Shown here piece by piece: positions 1-13,457 of a DNA stretch of 64,000 nt. The translations under genes and the position numbers were made by a program. Every line of letters starts with the position of its first letter. Within the stretch, counting starts at the first letter, position 1. Location: assembly GCA_002269645.1 (NCBI GenBank), contig NIVC01001130.1, positions 62,001-126,000 of the forward strand. Direction: 5' to 3'. The stretch is from Macrostomum lignano (Eukaryota). The notes beneath the pieces are model-generated. The model was given only the letters and a program-made list of their open reading frames with translations, made no database searches and was not told where the DNA came from.

Positions 1-539
1 TGCGCCAAGCCTTTCTCTCTGCACCCTATTTATGCTAATTTGTTTCCCAATCAGGCGGGGCTTCTAAGCTAGTCTATTCCCGGCATAACTGGCGATGCGC
101 ACCAGCTACCAGCAAACATGCACTCCATCGATTGTAGTTGGTGATAATATTCCTGTCTGGCTAAGCGGCTGGCGCAGAGGGGAGATTGTCGGGAAGACTA
201 CGATTAAGTGGCTGGAGGGGGGAGAAATTAGGGAAGTTAGAGAAATCTGCGGAGAATGTGAAGAGTGGGGGAGAGAATAGAAGAGGGGAGAGGAGAGGAG
301 AGAATGAGATAGGAGGGGATAAGAGGGAAAGGAGAGGCGAGGCGAAGAGAGGAAAGGAGGGGTAAGGTACTCGTAAGAGGGAAGAGGAGAGGAGAGGAGA
401 GGAGGCGGTAAAGGTATGAGGGGACCGCTATGAGGTGAAGACGGCATGACTTGTTTTACATGTCATGCAGCCAAAAAAGCTCTGATGAAAGCCACCCAGA
501 TCCCTCAGATCCTCAGAGTAGAATCCCGGGTCCTATTCT

Positions 540-810
540 CTCCTCACCTCTCTTTTCTCTCCTCACATCTCCTCTTTTCTCTTACCCCCTCGTCTCCTCT
601 ACTCTCCTCTCCTCTCCTCTCCTCTCCTCTCCTCTCCTCTCCTCTCCTCTCCTCTCCTCTCCTCTCCTCTCCTCTCCTCTCCTCTCCTCTCCTCTCTTCT
701 CCTCTCCTATCCTCTACTCTCCTCTCCTCTCCTTTCCTCTCCTATCCTATCCTATCCTCTCCTCTTCCCTCATACCTTAACCCCTCCTCTTCTCTCGTCT
801 CCTCACCTCT
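540..810. repeat. (CTCCT)n pentanucleotide microsatellite with pyrimidine-rich flanks
   Basis: Direct reading. Confidence 0.9.
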
Positions 811-1726
811 CCCTAAAGAGAGGCGAGAGGCTAAGGAGATAGATGCTTACAGAAGACAATCGCAGAAAAATAGCAGCTCGAAAAATGAAGCAGAGAAGAA
901 GTGATGAAAGATCAGAGTAGGAGATCAATATTCTAGCTCGTAGTACCCTCTTATTTCGAATTTTTCATCTGGTCGGGACTTGAATTGGGACACCTTCGCT
1001 CTGGATGATGAGAAAGAAGCTGGGATCGTAGCAAGGAGTTTTGTTGGGGAGGATTTGTGATTTTTTGTTTGCCAAGACGGCGCTCACCTCTCTCAGGCCC
1101 TCCCGAGCTGGTGCAGACCGCGGACTGCAGGATTTGCATATACAAGCTTAGGACGAGGCTCTTGTGCTTCGTGGAGCGGAATCTGATGCTCAGTTAATGA
1201 GAGCTGCACCTCCTCGTGTGCCCCCTGCCTCCGATCTGATGTTGGACTTCTTTTCTGGCACAGTGGCATCGCTATATTGGGATTGCTTGCCAGGGTGTCC
1301 GACAGGGGGCGGTGGGGTCACGGCTATTCTATACACGAGCTGAGCACTTGTCTGCTGGCGGCTTGACACTTCTCTGTTTCATTCGATCGATTCCGCAGAG
1401 TTGACAAGGTCATGGAGCCCGCCTTGCGGTTTCCTGTTTCCAGTTAATCTTCATCGAAATTAAACTCTCCAGTTCTGACCAACCTCACCCCCACCCCCCA
1501 GGCGTCATCCTCTGCAGAGCTGCAGGTTCGATCTGAGCTCTTCTCAGAATATGACGACCTCTGCGTTATGGAATATCGCTTGCTTCAGCTTCAGGATTTT
1601 TATACCAGTACTTGTAAAGAGTACATACAGCACCCTTAACTGTTAGGGGGTTTGGACTTTTATCTGTAAATTTTCTTAAAATTTTCACATGGGAAATTGA
1701 GACTCTGGTTTATAATTTTAAATGAC

Positions 1727-3180
1727 CAGGTGATCTTGTGTTGGATGCATGCAGGTGATTGTGTGGGGATGAATCCAGGTGATCTGTGTGGGGATGAATC
1801 CAGGTGATCTGTGTGGGGATGAATCCAGGTGATCTGTGTGGGGATGAATCCAGGTGATCTGTGTGGGGATGAATCCAGGTGATCTGTGTGGGGATGAATC
1901 CAGGTGATCTGTGTGGGGATGAATCCAGGTGATCTGTGTGGGGATGAATCCAGGTGATCTTGTGTTGGATGCATGCAGGTGATTGTGTGGGGATGAATCC
2001 AGGTGATCTTGTGTTGGATGCATGCAGGTGATTGTGTGGGGATGAATCCAGGTGATCTTGTGTTAGATGCATGCAGGTGATCTGTGTGGGGATGAATCCA
2101 GGTGATCTGTGTGGGGATGAATCCAGATGATCTGTGTGGGGATGAATCCAGGTGATCTTGTGTTGGATGCATGCAGGTGATTGTGTGGGGATGAATCCAG
2201 GTGATCTTGTGTTGGATGCATGCAGGTGATTGTGTGGGGATGAATCCAGGTGATCTGTGTGGGGATGAATCCAGGTGATCTGTGTGGGGATGAATCCAGG
2301 TGATCTTGTGTTGGATGCATGCAGGTGATTGTGTGGGGATGAATCCAGGTGATCTTGTGTTGGATGCATGCAGGTGATCTGTGTGGGGATGAATCCAGGT
2401 GATCTGTGTGGGGATGAATCCAGATGATCTGTGTGGGGATGAATCCAGGTGATCTTGTGTTGGATGCATGCAGGTGATTGTGTGGGGATGAATCCAGGTG
2501 ATCTTGTGTTGGATGCATGCAGGTGATTGTGTGGGGATGAATCCAGGTGATCTGTGTGGGGATGAATCCAGGTGATCTGTGTGGGGATGAATCCAGGTGA
2601 TCTTGTGTTGGATGCATGCAGGTGATTGTGTGGGGATGAATCCAGGTGATCTTGTGTTGGATGCATGCAGGTGATTGTGTGGGGATGAATCCAGGTGATC
2701 TTGTGTTGGATGCATGCAGGTGATCTGTGTGGGGATGAATCCAGGTGATCTTGTGTTGTATGCATGCAGGTGATCTGTGTGGGGATGAATCCAGGTGATC
2801 TGTGTGGGGATGAATCCAGATGATCTGTGTGGGGATGAATCCAGGTGATCTTGTGTTGGATGCATGCAGGTGATTGTGTGGGGATGAATCCAGGTGATCT
2901 TGTGTTGGATGCATGCAGGTGATCTGTGTGGGGATGAATCCAGGTGATCTGTGTGGGGATGAATCCAGGTGATCTGTGTGGGGATGAATCCAGGTGATCT
3001 GTGTGGGGATGAATCCAGGTGATCTGTGTGGGGATGAATCCAGGTGATCTGTGTGGGGATAAATCCAGGTGATCTGTGTGGGGATGAATCCAGGTGATCT
3101 TGTGTTGGATGCATGCAGGTGATCTATGTGGGTATGCATCCATTTCCCAGGTGATCTGTGTGGGGATGCATCCACAACCC
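1727..3180. repeat. Minisatellite of interspersed 24-25 bp variants (about 58 units)
   Basis: tctgtgtggggatgaatccaggtga and tcttgtgttggatgcatgcaggtga. Confidence 0.95.
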
Positions 3181-5567
3181 ATGTGATCTTAACCAAGTCA
3201 ACACAGGGCAGGTATTCATTAGCAATTGTAAGGCAGTAATCCCAGTTTTTTCCTGCTCTGCTTCAAAAATATTCTGCCCAAAAAAATCGCCAAAAAATCC
3301 TTCGGCAACTTGCAACCCAAATGCAATTCAAAGCTGAATCCGCAGTTCAAACACTGCAAAAATATTCCCAAACTAATTTTATACCATTTAATCTCCCTAT
3401 ACTAGTCTCGCACCTGGATGCATGGATCCCAAATATCCCAAAAGCCAATCTTAATGGTAAGAGGAAGATTTGAGGGAATTTAAGCGCGAAAGATTAGTTT
3501 TGCGCAGGGCGAGAGTAAGATAGCAGAAGGGACTCGAGCCAGCTAAAGCCAGGCGAGCGATCGCTCCGTGTGAAGAGAGCCTATTTGGAGAGGATCTGAG
3601 AAGAGAAGGGGCTGGCTTATCTGTGCAGCCGTGCGGACACCTGAGGTTGGGCATCATTCATCAAACTGGCTCACCGATCCGGCCGTCACCTCGGGCTCAC
3701 AGTTTGGAACTGGGGGGGGGGGTCACTGTGTGTATGGAGGCTTATAGTTTCTGCGTTGCGCCTTCCTGCGAGGCCTGAAAGTTTCGTGGCGGAAGGGAGG
3801 GGCGCCAGTTCGGTGAGCAAATATTGGCGAAACCGCGCCGAGACGGACTGGCGGAGGCATTGGAGAACAGCTTCTCAGCGCATCCAGCCAGAGGTGCGCG
3901 CTCAGGTAGATTTCGAGATGGGTGGGGATTCCGAAAATTGAAAGAAAGAAAAAAAGGACTATCACCTATAGCGTCTATTAGGTAAGCAAAGAAATGCTAG
4001 CCTGAAATAACAATAATACCATATGAGCAAGAGACTCGGATGCGCTGCAGAACCCAAGGCCCCTGTTCGTGTTTGTTTTAATTAACGCGAAGGCCTTTTT
4101 TCTGTACAAAATAAAGAATTTGCATGTGTTAAAGGAAAACACGTTGGACTGGGAGGGGTGCGGGAACTTGCATGGCATTGTCAAGCAGTGGGTGAGCTAG
4201 CTTAGCTAGTTAGTTAGGTTCTAATGCTCTCCTTGCTTCTTCCAGCTGCCCTCAGCAAGCAGGCAGTCAGGGCTGAAATGAGTAAAAGAAAGCAAAGCGC
4301 TGAGAAGTGGGCGGCGCGGTGGAGAGTTGCTGGGCAAATATTTGACTTCTGAATGGCAGCGGAGGCTGAGTGGCCCCCATTCGACAGAGGGAAATGAAGC
4401 CCCGCAGTTGTCCCGGCATGGGAGGGAGCCAGAGAGCAGGGGAAATGGGAAAACTCAGGCTGGCAAGAATGTTCGATTACGAACTAATTTTACTAACGTT
4501 ACCATGACTTCTGTTTGGCTGAATCGGTTTTGACTAAAATTTTGAAGACTTAAAATTTCTTAATTCTCAAACAGCATCCGTGCAGCATCCGTCTGCTTGA
4601 GCTGCCCGTGGACACAACGGTGACTTAGGCATGCGTCAAAGTCCCTAGAAGATAGAAGAAAAGTATATCGGATAACTTTAAGGATGCCATGCAGTGCATA
4701 AATATTGGTGCCACCAATGATATAGACAGAATTTGCTAACTATATTTATAACACACTAAGCAGTAAAATAGGCTAATCAGGCTATAAGCGACCGCTCCAA
4801 TAATTGGCTATGACAGGGGCGAGGGAATATAATATATTAATATTTCCCATTTCGAGCTGGACCATTGAAGCAGCAGCAGCAGCAGGGTGGAGGGGAGCAA
4901 CGAGCTGGAGACCAAAAGTTACCGGCCACTAAGCTAAGCACCCCCCCCACAGGGAGAACTTGAAGAGCGCTCAGCTGAGCTGGCAACAGGCTTAAACTGG
5001 TCTCCCGGGCCAACCCCTAATCCTCCGTTCGGCGGCCACCTGTTAACCCCGAGAAGTGGCACTTGCGCCTCCCAGCGGCAGCAGGAGCGAGGCCGGCCCG
5101 AAAATCATGGAGAATTGAGTTTGCTGGCCAAAGTGGAGCATAGAAATTCAATTTCTAACCTCAGCGCCCGGGACACGCCAAGGTTTTTATAGGATTTTCT
5201 CCACTGCCCACTTTCTGCCGGCCGAGATGAGGAGGGGAAATAACAGCGGGGGGGAGAAGCGGACTTGAAGTTTGCGCAGATGGATAACGAAGTTACGACT
5301 CGTGTGTGGGAGGGGGGCGTGGAGATGTTGTGGAGTCTGTCTCTACTGGGAGACAGCTGAATCTACAAGATGTCTGACTGAGATAACAAATTAGCCTCGA
5401 GCTTTCTGTAGCACGCAGATCTGACTGCGTTCGCTGTTTGAAGCAGTTCGAGTCAATCAACCGGTGCTGACAGTTCTGGTAGCGGCTGCAATTAGTAACG
5501 ATTTTCCCCGATTAATCTGGGAGCATGAGGACTTCTATGAGACTGTGTTCAAAATGGGCAGAAGGCT

Positions 5568-6918
5568 TAGAGATTGGTGGATAGACAGGAGATTGGTGGA
5601 TAGACAGGAGATTGATAGATAGACAGCTTGGAGATTGATGGATAGACAGCTTGGAGATTGATGGATAGACAGCTTGGAGATTGATGGATAGACAGCTTGA
5701 AGATTGGTAGATAGACAGGAGATTGATGGATAGACAGCTTGGAGATTGATGGATAGACAGCTTGGAGATTGATGGATAGACAGCTTGAAGATTGGTAGAT
5801 AGACAGGAGATTGATGGATAGACAGCTTGGAGATTGATGGATAGACAGCTTGGAGATTGATGGATAGACAGCTTGAAGATTGGTAGATAGACAGGAGATT
5901 GATGGATAGACAGCTTGGAGATTGATGGATAGACAGCTTGGAGATTGATGGATAGACAGCTTGGAGATTGATGGATAGACAGCTTGGAGATTGATGGATA
6001 GACAGCTTGGAGATTTATAGATAGACGGGAGATTGATAGATAGACAGCTTGGAGATTTATGGATAAACAGCTTGAAGATTGATGGATAGACAGCTTGGAG
6101 ATTGATGGATAGACAGCTTGAAGATTGATAGATAGACAGCTTGGAGATTGATGGATAGACAGCTTAAAGATTGATAGATAGACAGCTTGAAGATTGATAG
6201 ATAGACAGCTTGAAGATTGATGGATAGACAGTTTGGAGATTGATGGATAGACAGGAGATTGATAGATAGACAGAAGATTGATAGATAGACAGCTTGGAGA
6301 TTGATGGATAGACAGGAGATTGATAGATAGACAGGAGATTGATAGATAGACAGCTTGGAGATTGATGGATAGACAGGAGATTGATAGATAGACAGGAGAT
6401 TGATAGATAGACAGCTTGGAGATTGATGGATAGACAGGAGATTGATAGATAGACAGGAGATTGATAGATAGACGGCTTGGAGATTTATAGATAGACAGGA
6501 GATTGATAGATAGACAGCTTGGAGATTGATGGACAGACAGGAGATTGATAGATAGACAGCTTGAAGATTGGTAGATAGACAGGAGATTGATAGATAGACA
6601 GCTTGGAGATTGGTAGATAGACAGGAGATTGATAGATAGACAGCTTGGAGATTGGTAGATAGACAGGAGATTGATAGATAGACAGCTTGGAGATTGGTAG
6701 ATAGACAGGAGATTGATAGATAGACAGCTTGGAGATTGGTAGATAGACAGGAGATTGATAGATAGACAGCTTGGAGATTGGTAGATAGACAGGAGATTGA
6801 TAGATAGACAGCTTGGAGATTGGTAGATAGACAGGAGATTGATAGATAGACAGCTTGGAGATTGGTAGATAGACAGGAGATTGATAGATAGACAGCTTGG
6901 AGATTAATGGATAGACAA
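5568..6918. repeat. Minisatellite of 23-bp and 19-bp units, forming a 42-bp higher-order unit in the right half
   Basis: gagattgatggatagacagcttg / gagattggtagatagacag. Confidence 0.95.
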
Positions 6919-7399
6919 CAGAAAATAAATAAATACAAGCAACAATAACCATTACGAATGTGATTAGTGCTAGTAATATTGAAGTATTCTCAGGTACCGT
7001 CTATCGTATAAGTTTCAAGTGGGGGGATATAATAGCTATGGTATTGTATTATTAAGTTCGTTTTGTACTTTGACTGGCCCTGTGGGGGAGTTGTAAAGAA
7101 CCGAGGGAGAATGGACCCGTTGCAGACAAAGCAGCCACACGCCAGGCACTCTCCAGTTCCGAGAACCGGACCTCCTGTGGCGCCTCCTTCGCTTTCTTTT
7201 AATTCGCTTTGACAAAGAAGTGAAGATCAAAAGTATTTAAGAGGCCTGTTGAAGACCGAGTACGTGGCCTCCTAATTTTTAATTCTCTTTGTTCCTGAAC
7301 GTTCTCGAAAAAAGTGTCTGAGAGAGAATTTAGCTGACAAATTCTGACCCTCGAATTGGAAGTGTAGGAAGCTAAAGGGTTTGCACTTGATGAACTTCA

Positions 7400-7535
7400 T
7401 GGTTATGACCAAATCACTATGGACTATGATGGCAGTGATGACCAAGTCACTCTGGACTATGATGACAGTGATGACCAAATCACTATGGACTATGATGGCA
7501 GTGATGACCAAGTCACTCCGGACTATGATGACAGT
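7400..7535. repeat. 33-bp tandem repeat, about 4 copies
   Basis: gtgatgaccaagtcactctggactatgatgaca. Confidence 0.85.
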
Positions 7536-8144
7536 TAATGGCTAAGTGCCATAACGGACCCCCAACCCCCCTCGCACATTAATGAACATTTTTTTTAATT
7601 TTTAGATGAAAGAAAAATTTCAGTATCCTAGAATTTTTCCACCAGCCTTGAAATCAGCAGTGTTTACACGCTGCTAATCCTCACAGGACATAACCGCAAT
7701 TTACCTGCGTGTGTACACGACTTTTAGCGTTCGAGATTACGCCGACAAAAATCCCACAAGTTAAAATTGCACATATAAACACATTGGAGTTATAGATGGA
7801 AGCTTGAAATGGGGGAGGAACCTGATGAAGGAGACTTAATGCCGACTTAAGAGAGAGCTCCATCTGCCCAACTGGGCCAAGCTGGACGCAAAAAACCTGG
7901 GTCGCCGGTCTAAAAGCCGCTGGGTTCCCAGGAAGTCGACCGCGCCAGGCGAATGGCCCACGGATTGACCGGAGCGGGGGGGGGGCACGGACGGCACTTG
8001 ACTCCATCTGATGCCCTCCCCGTCTGTCTGCAGCTGGCGCACAGGTATGCATGGGATGAAGGAAGCTGGCCGACATTGCGGGTGGGTGGCGTCTGCGGCC
8101 CCCCCTCTTGATGCTGCGTCCGCTGGGTGGCGGCCGAATACAGA

Positions 8145-8538
8145 TTGACAGACAGACAGACAGCGATTGACAGACAGGGATTGACAGACAGGGATTGACA
8201 GACAGGGATTGACAGACAGGGATTGACAGACAGGGATTGACAAACAGGGATTCACAGGTATTGACAGACATGGATTGACAGATATGGATTGACAGACTGG
8301 GATTGACAGACAGACAGATAGACACTAAGACACTAAGACAGACAGACAGACAGGGATTAACAGACAGACAGACAGACAGACAGACATTAAGACAGACAGA
8401 CACTAAGACAGACAGACACTAAAACAGACAGACAGACAGACAGACAGACACACACACAGACACACAGAGAGACACTAAGACAGACAGACAGACACTAAGA
8501 CAGACAGACAGACACTAAGACAAACAGACACACAGACC

Positions 8539-8574
<36 letters not shown>

Positions 8575-8575
8575 T

Positions 8576-8630
<55 letters not shown>

Positions 8631-8631
8631 T

Positions 8632-8694
<63 letters not shown>

Positions 8695-8697
8695 GGC

Positions 8698-8738
<41 letters not shown>

Positions 8739-8740
8739 GC
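8145..8740. repeat. Compound (GACA)n microsatellite with gggatt and cactaa interruptions
   Basis: Direct reading. Confidence 0.9.
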
Positions 8741-9142
8741 CAAGAGCTGTCAACTGGCAGTTAAAATTTTATCATTTTATCTGCCCGTATTCGCAGCAAT
8801 GCTACTGTTGCTGTCTCGCAGTGAACCAGATGAATCACTTATGCAATGCAGAGGTAAGTAAAACTATGTCAATATACGCTTGTATCCACGATTAGCCAAT
8901 AGGCTGTTCATTAAGTTCACTGCTAGTCGATTTTAGTTCTTTGTTACTATGGGCCAAGCATGATAAGATTTCGCTGGTTGTGTTGGTTGTGTCACTCAAT
9001 TCAACTGTCTGAGCCAACTGAGTTGACTTCGCTAAGTTTCAGGAGTCTAAATTGGAATTCAAACAAACTTGATAATTATTGGATGATAAGGAGGTCGCGA
9101 GTAGAAAGTTGATATGGCCCAACCGGCAGAATACTAAAGAAA

Positions 9143-11130
9143 CTGAAGGGTCATTGGAGACCAACTGAAGGATATCAAGGGTCATTGGAGACCAACTGAA
9201 GGACTGAAGGATCTGAAGGGTCTTTGGAGACCAACTGATGGATATCAAGGGTCATTGGAGACCAACTGAAGGATATCAAGGGTCATTGGAGACCAACTGA
9301 AGGATATCAAGGGTCATTGGAGACCAACTGAAGGATCTGAAGGGGTCATTGGAGACCAACTGAAAGACCTGAAAGGTCATTGGAGACCAACTGAAGGATC
9401 TGAAGGGTTATTAGCGATCAACTGAAGTATTTGAAGAGTCATTGGAGAGCAACTGAAGGATCTGAAGGGGTCATTGGAGACCAACTGAAAGACCTGAAAG
9501 GTCATTGGAGACGAACTGAAGGATCTGAAGGGTCATTGGAGACCAACTGAAGGATCTGAATGGTCATTGGAGACCAACTGAAGGATCTGAAGGGTCATTG
9601 GAGACCAACTGAAGGATCTGAAGGGTCTTTGGAGACCAACTGAAGGATATCAAGGGTCATTGGAGACCAACTGAAGGATCTGAAGGGTCTTTGGAGACCA
9701 ACTGAAGGATCTGAAGGGTCATTGGAGACCAACTGAAGGATCTGAAGGGTCTTTGGAGACCAACTGAAGGATATCAAGGGTCATTGGAGACCAACTGAAG
9801 GATATCAAGGGTCATTGGAGACCAACTGAAGGATATCAAGGGTCATTGGAGACCAACTGAAGGATATCAAGGGTCATTGGAGACCAACTGAAGGATATCA
9901 AGGGTCATTGGAGACCAACTGAAGGATATCAAGGGTCATTGGAGACCAACTGAAGGATATCAAGGGTCATTGGAGACCAACTGAAGGATATCAAGGGTCA
10001 TTGGAGACCAACTGAAGGATATCAAGGGTCATTGGAGACCAACTGAAGGATATCAAGGGTCATTGGAGACCAACTGAAGGACATCAAGTGTCATTGGAGA
10101 CCAACTGAAGGACATCAAGTGTCATTGGAGACCAACTGAAGGACATCAAGTGTCATTGGAGACCAACTGAAGGACATCAAGTGTCATTGGAGACCAACTG
10201 AAGGACATCAAGTGTCATTAGAGACCAACTGAAGGACATCAAGTGTCATTGGAGACCAACTGAAGGATCTGAAGGGTCATTGGAGACGAACTGAAGGATC
10301 TGAAGGGTCATTGAAGACCAACTGAAGGATCTGAAGGGTCATTGGAGACCAACTGAAGGATCTGAAGGGTCATTGGAGACCAACTGAAGGATCTGAAGGG
10401 TCATTGGAGACCAACTGAAGGATCTGAAGTGTCATTGGAGACCAACTAAAGGATCTGAAGGGTCATTGGAGACCAACTGAAGGATCTGAAGGGTCATTGG
10501 AGACCAACTGAAAGACCTTAAGGGTTATCGGAGACCAACTGAAGGATCTGAAGGGTCATTGGAGACCAACTGAAAGACCTTAAGGGTTATCGGAGACCAA
10601 CTGAAGGATATCAAGGGTCATTGGAGACCAACTGAAGGATCTGAAGGGTCATTGGAGACCAACTGAAGGATATCAAGGGTCATTGGAGACCAACTGAAGG
10701 ATATCAAGGGTCATTGGAGACCAACTGAAGGATATCAAGGGTCATTGGAGACCAACTGAAGGATATCAAGGGTCATTGGAGACCAACTGAAGGATCTGAA
10801 GGGTCATTGGAGACCAACTGAAGGATCTGAAGGGTCATTGGAGACCAACTGAAGGATCTGAAGGGTCATTGGAGACCAACTGAAGGATCTGAAGGGTCAT
10901 TGGAGACCAACTGAAGGATCTGAATGGTCATTGGAGACCAACTGAAGTATCTGAAGGGTCATTGGAGACCAACTGAAGGATCTGAAGGGTTATTGGAAAC
11001 CAACTGAAGGACATCAAGGGTCATTGGAGACCAACTGAAGGACATCAAGTGTCATTGGAGACCAACTGAAGGATCTGAAGGGTCATTGGAGACCAACTGA
11101 AGGATCTGAAGGGTCATTGGAGACCAACTG
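9143..11130. repeat. 31-bp minisatellite, about 64 copies
   Basis: ggtcattggagaccaactgaaggatctgaag and variants. Confidence 0.95.
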
Positions 11131-11744
11131 AATCAAGCCATCTTACATTGAGCTGAAGTCAGCCTTAGGCTGAAAGTCTGAAGAGCCGTACTTGTCCCAG
11201 TTAGAAAGGCCCAACATTGTGCCAAATCCATCACTGCGGCAATCAATAGCTGTCAATCCCGGCTGTCAAAAACTGCCGCGGGGGAAGCAGATGCCACCAA
11301 AGGGAGCTGCTAAATATGTCATTGTTCGATTTCGGCGTGAGACGGAAATTCCTCAATGCAAAGCTCCAGAGATGGATGTATAAATCTATATAACGGGTAT
11401 TTATGCTCAATCTGCGCTGATGGAAGCACCTCAAAATTGCGCTTTTGGTGACCTCTGTCTCCCTCTCCCTCTCCTCTCTCTCTCTCTCTCTCTCCTGAAC
11501 TCAGAGTGCAGCGCAGCCGCTTCAAGGGGAAGCTGAATATGGAATGATGATGATGATGATGATGATTCTAGTGACGGCTGGGCGCACCGCGTGAAGGACA
11601 AAAATCTGAGAATGAAGGGACTGGGGACACATCTCAGCCATTGTCACTGCCCGCCTCTTGCGTGCCGCCTCACTGCATGCGATTGAATGATTAATGACTC
11701 TGTGCTTCATGCCTGCTCTCGTGCAGTTACGGGGAGAAGCACTG

Positions 11745-12041
11745 ACAGTCAGTCAGTCAGTCAGTCAGTCAGTCAGTCAGTCAGTCAGTCAGTCAGTCAG
11801 TCAGTCAGTCAGTCAGTCAGTCAGTCAGTCAGTCAGTCAGTCAGTCAGTCAGTCAGTCAGTCAGTCAGTCAGTCAGTCAGTCAGTCAGTCAGTCAGTCAG
11901 TCAGTCAGTCAGTCAGTCAGTCAGTCAGTCAGTCAGTCAGTCAGTCAGTCAGTCAGTCAGTCAGTCAGTCAGTCAGTCAGTCAGTCAGTCAGTCAGTCAG
12001 TCAGTCAGTCAGTCAGTCAGTCAGTCAGTCAGTCAGTCAGT
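11745..12041. repeat. Pure (CAGT)n microsatellite, about 73 units
   Basis: Direct reading. Confidence 0.95.
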
Positions 12042-12345
12042 CGCGCGCAGACGCATCAATCCATTGGTGAAATTAGCGAGGGTGTTTCGCTTCAATTTTG
12101 CTTCTACTCCGGAAGCAGACAAATATGCACTCAGCTCATTCAGCTGTTCGTCCGGTTATCCAGTTGAAGGGGTGCGCGGTGAGTTTTTGGGCAGTTAGGG
12201 AGAATTCAAGAGCTTTTATGCTAGACAGAGGCGCACTAATTGCATATTATTGAAGAGAGCAGCGAACAGGGAGAACAGTGAGAGAGGAGAAGAGCCAGAG
12301 AGAGGGAGAAAGGAGGGAAAGCAGAAGAGAAAGGAGAGAAAAGAG

Positions 12346-12650
12346 GAGAGAGGAGAGGAGAGGAGAGGAGAGGAGAGGAGAGGAGAGGAGAGGAGAGGAG
12401 AGGAGAGGATAGGAGAGGATAGGAGAGGAGAGGAGAGGAGGAGAGAAGAGGAGAGGATAGGAGAGGAGAGGAGAGGAGAGGAGAGGAGAGGAGAGGAGAG
12501 GAGAGGAGAGGAGAGGAGAGGAGAGGAGAGGAGAGGAGAGGAGAGGAGAGGAGAGGAGAGGAGAGGAGAGGAGAGGAGAGGAGAGGAGAGGAGAGGAGAG
12601 GAGAGGAGAGGAGAGGAGAGGAGAGGAGAGGAGAGGAGAGGAGAGGAGAG
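12346..12650. repeat. (GGAGA)n microsatellite
   Basis: Direct reading. Confidence 0.95.
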
Positions 12651-13418
12651 AATGCAGAAAACGGTAGAGAAAATGCGGACAGAAGGCACGGCAGGATATC
12701 ATTGAAAATTACATTTGTAAAGAGTAAATCGGCAAGCGATCCTCAAATAGTGCAGCGGGAAATGGATTTAAAAAAGGAAAGCCACCATACATTGAGAGTG
12801 CTTCCGACAGATTGAGAAACTCGAGAAATTTGCTATTATTTACGAGTAGCATGAGTTTCCACCCCTGAGACGTAGGGTTGGGACTAGCTAAGCATAAATT
12901 TCAGCAAGCAGATGCTGTCACAGCAACTGCCGCCAATCTGGCATGTGAGGGATTTATTGGCATAGTGACAGGCAAAGCGCCGTAATTCTGCCGAACATTA
13001 CGAGGCTAAATATCAAGAGAGCCACACTGACAGCCGGAAGTGTTTTTCGCTTCATTCTATATTTATCTGAAAGCCCAGTCAATCCATCTATCCATCCAGT
13101 CAGTTAGCATTTGACAAGCCAGTTCACGCGGGAGGGAGCTCTCCCATTGGCTGAGGGGCCGCCTTCCTAGACCGGCCACGATTCGTCCTTGCTGGGCCAC
13201 ACACAGACTTCGACAGCCATAGGAAAGTTGAATAGGGCAAACAACACTCTGACACCCCGTCCCGCATAAAACTGACGGCCCTACCTCAGGCTGTCCACGC
13301 CAGCTCGTCACGCCAGCTTCTCTGTCAGCTCCGATTCGTCACCAGCTAAATAGGCCTGGCGAATAAAGGCAACAACAGGACCAGCTTGTTCGGGTCTCCG
13401 GCACTCCCTCATTCATAG

Positions 13419-13433
13419 CTTTTCACTTCTAGG
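13419..13433 (+). promoter_or_regulatory. 3' splice acceptor 25 nt upstream of the frizzled ATG (5'UTR intron or trans-splice site)
   Basis: cttttcacttctAG|gtcc, AG at 13431-13432. Confidence 0.55.
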
Positions 13434-13457
13434 TCCTTCAAGAGACCCGACAGCATC

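Noticed and set aside
1085-1370. Possible minus-strand exon (about 90 open codons, nearby AG|GTGAGC donor)
   Set aside because: The long frame stops just before the donor and matches nothing I recognise; cannot support it.
1660-3196. Several 100-490 aa ORFs (HPHTDHLDSS repeats)
   Set aside because: Translations of the 25-bp minisatellite in multiple frames; no splice or domain support.
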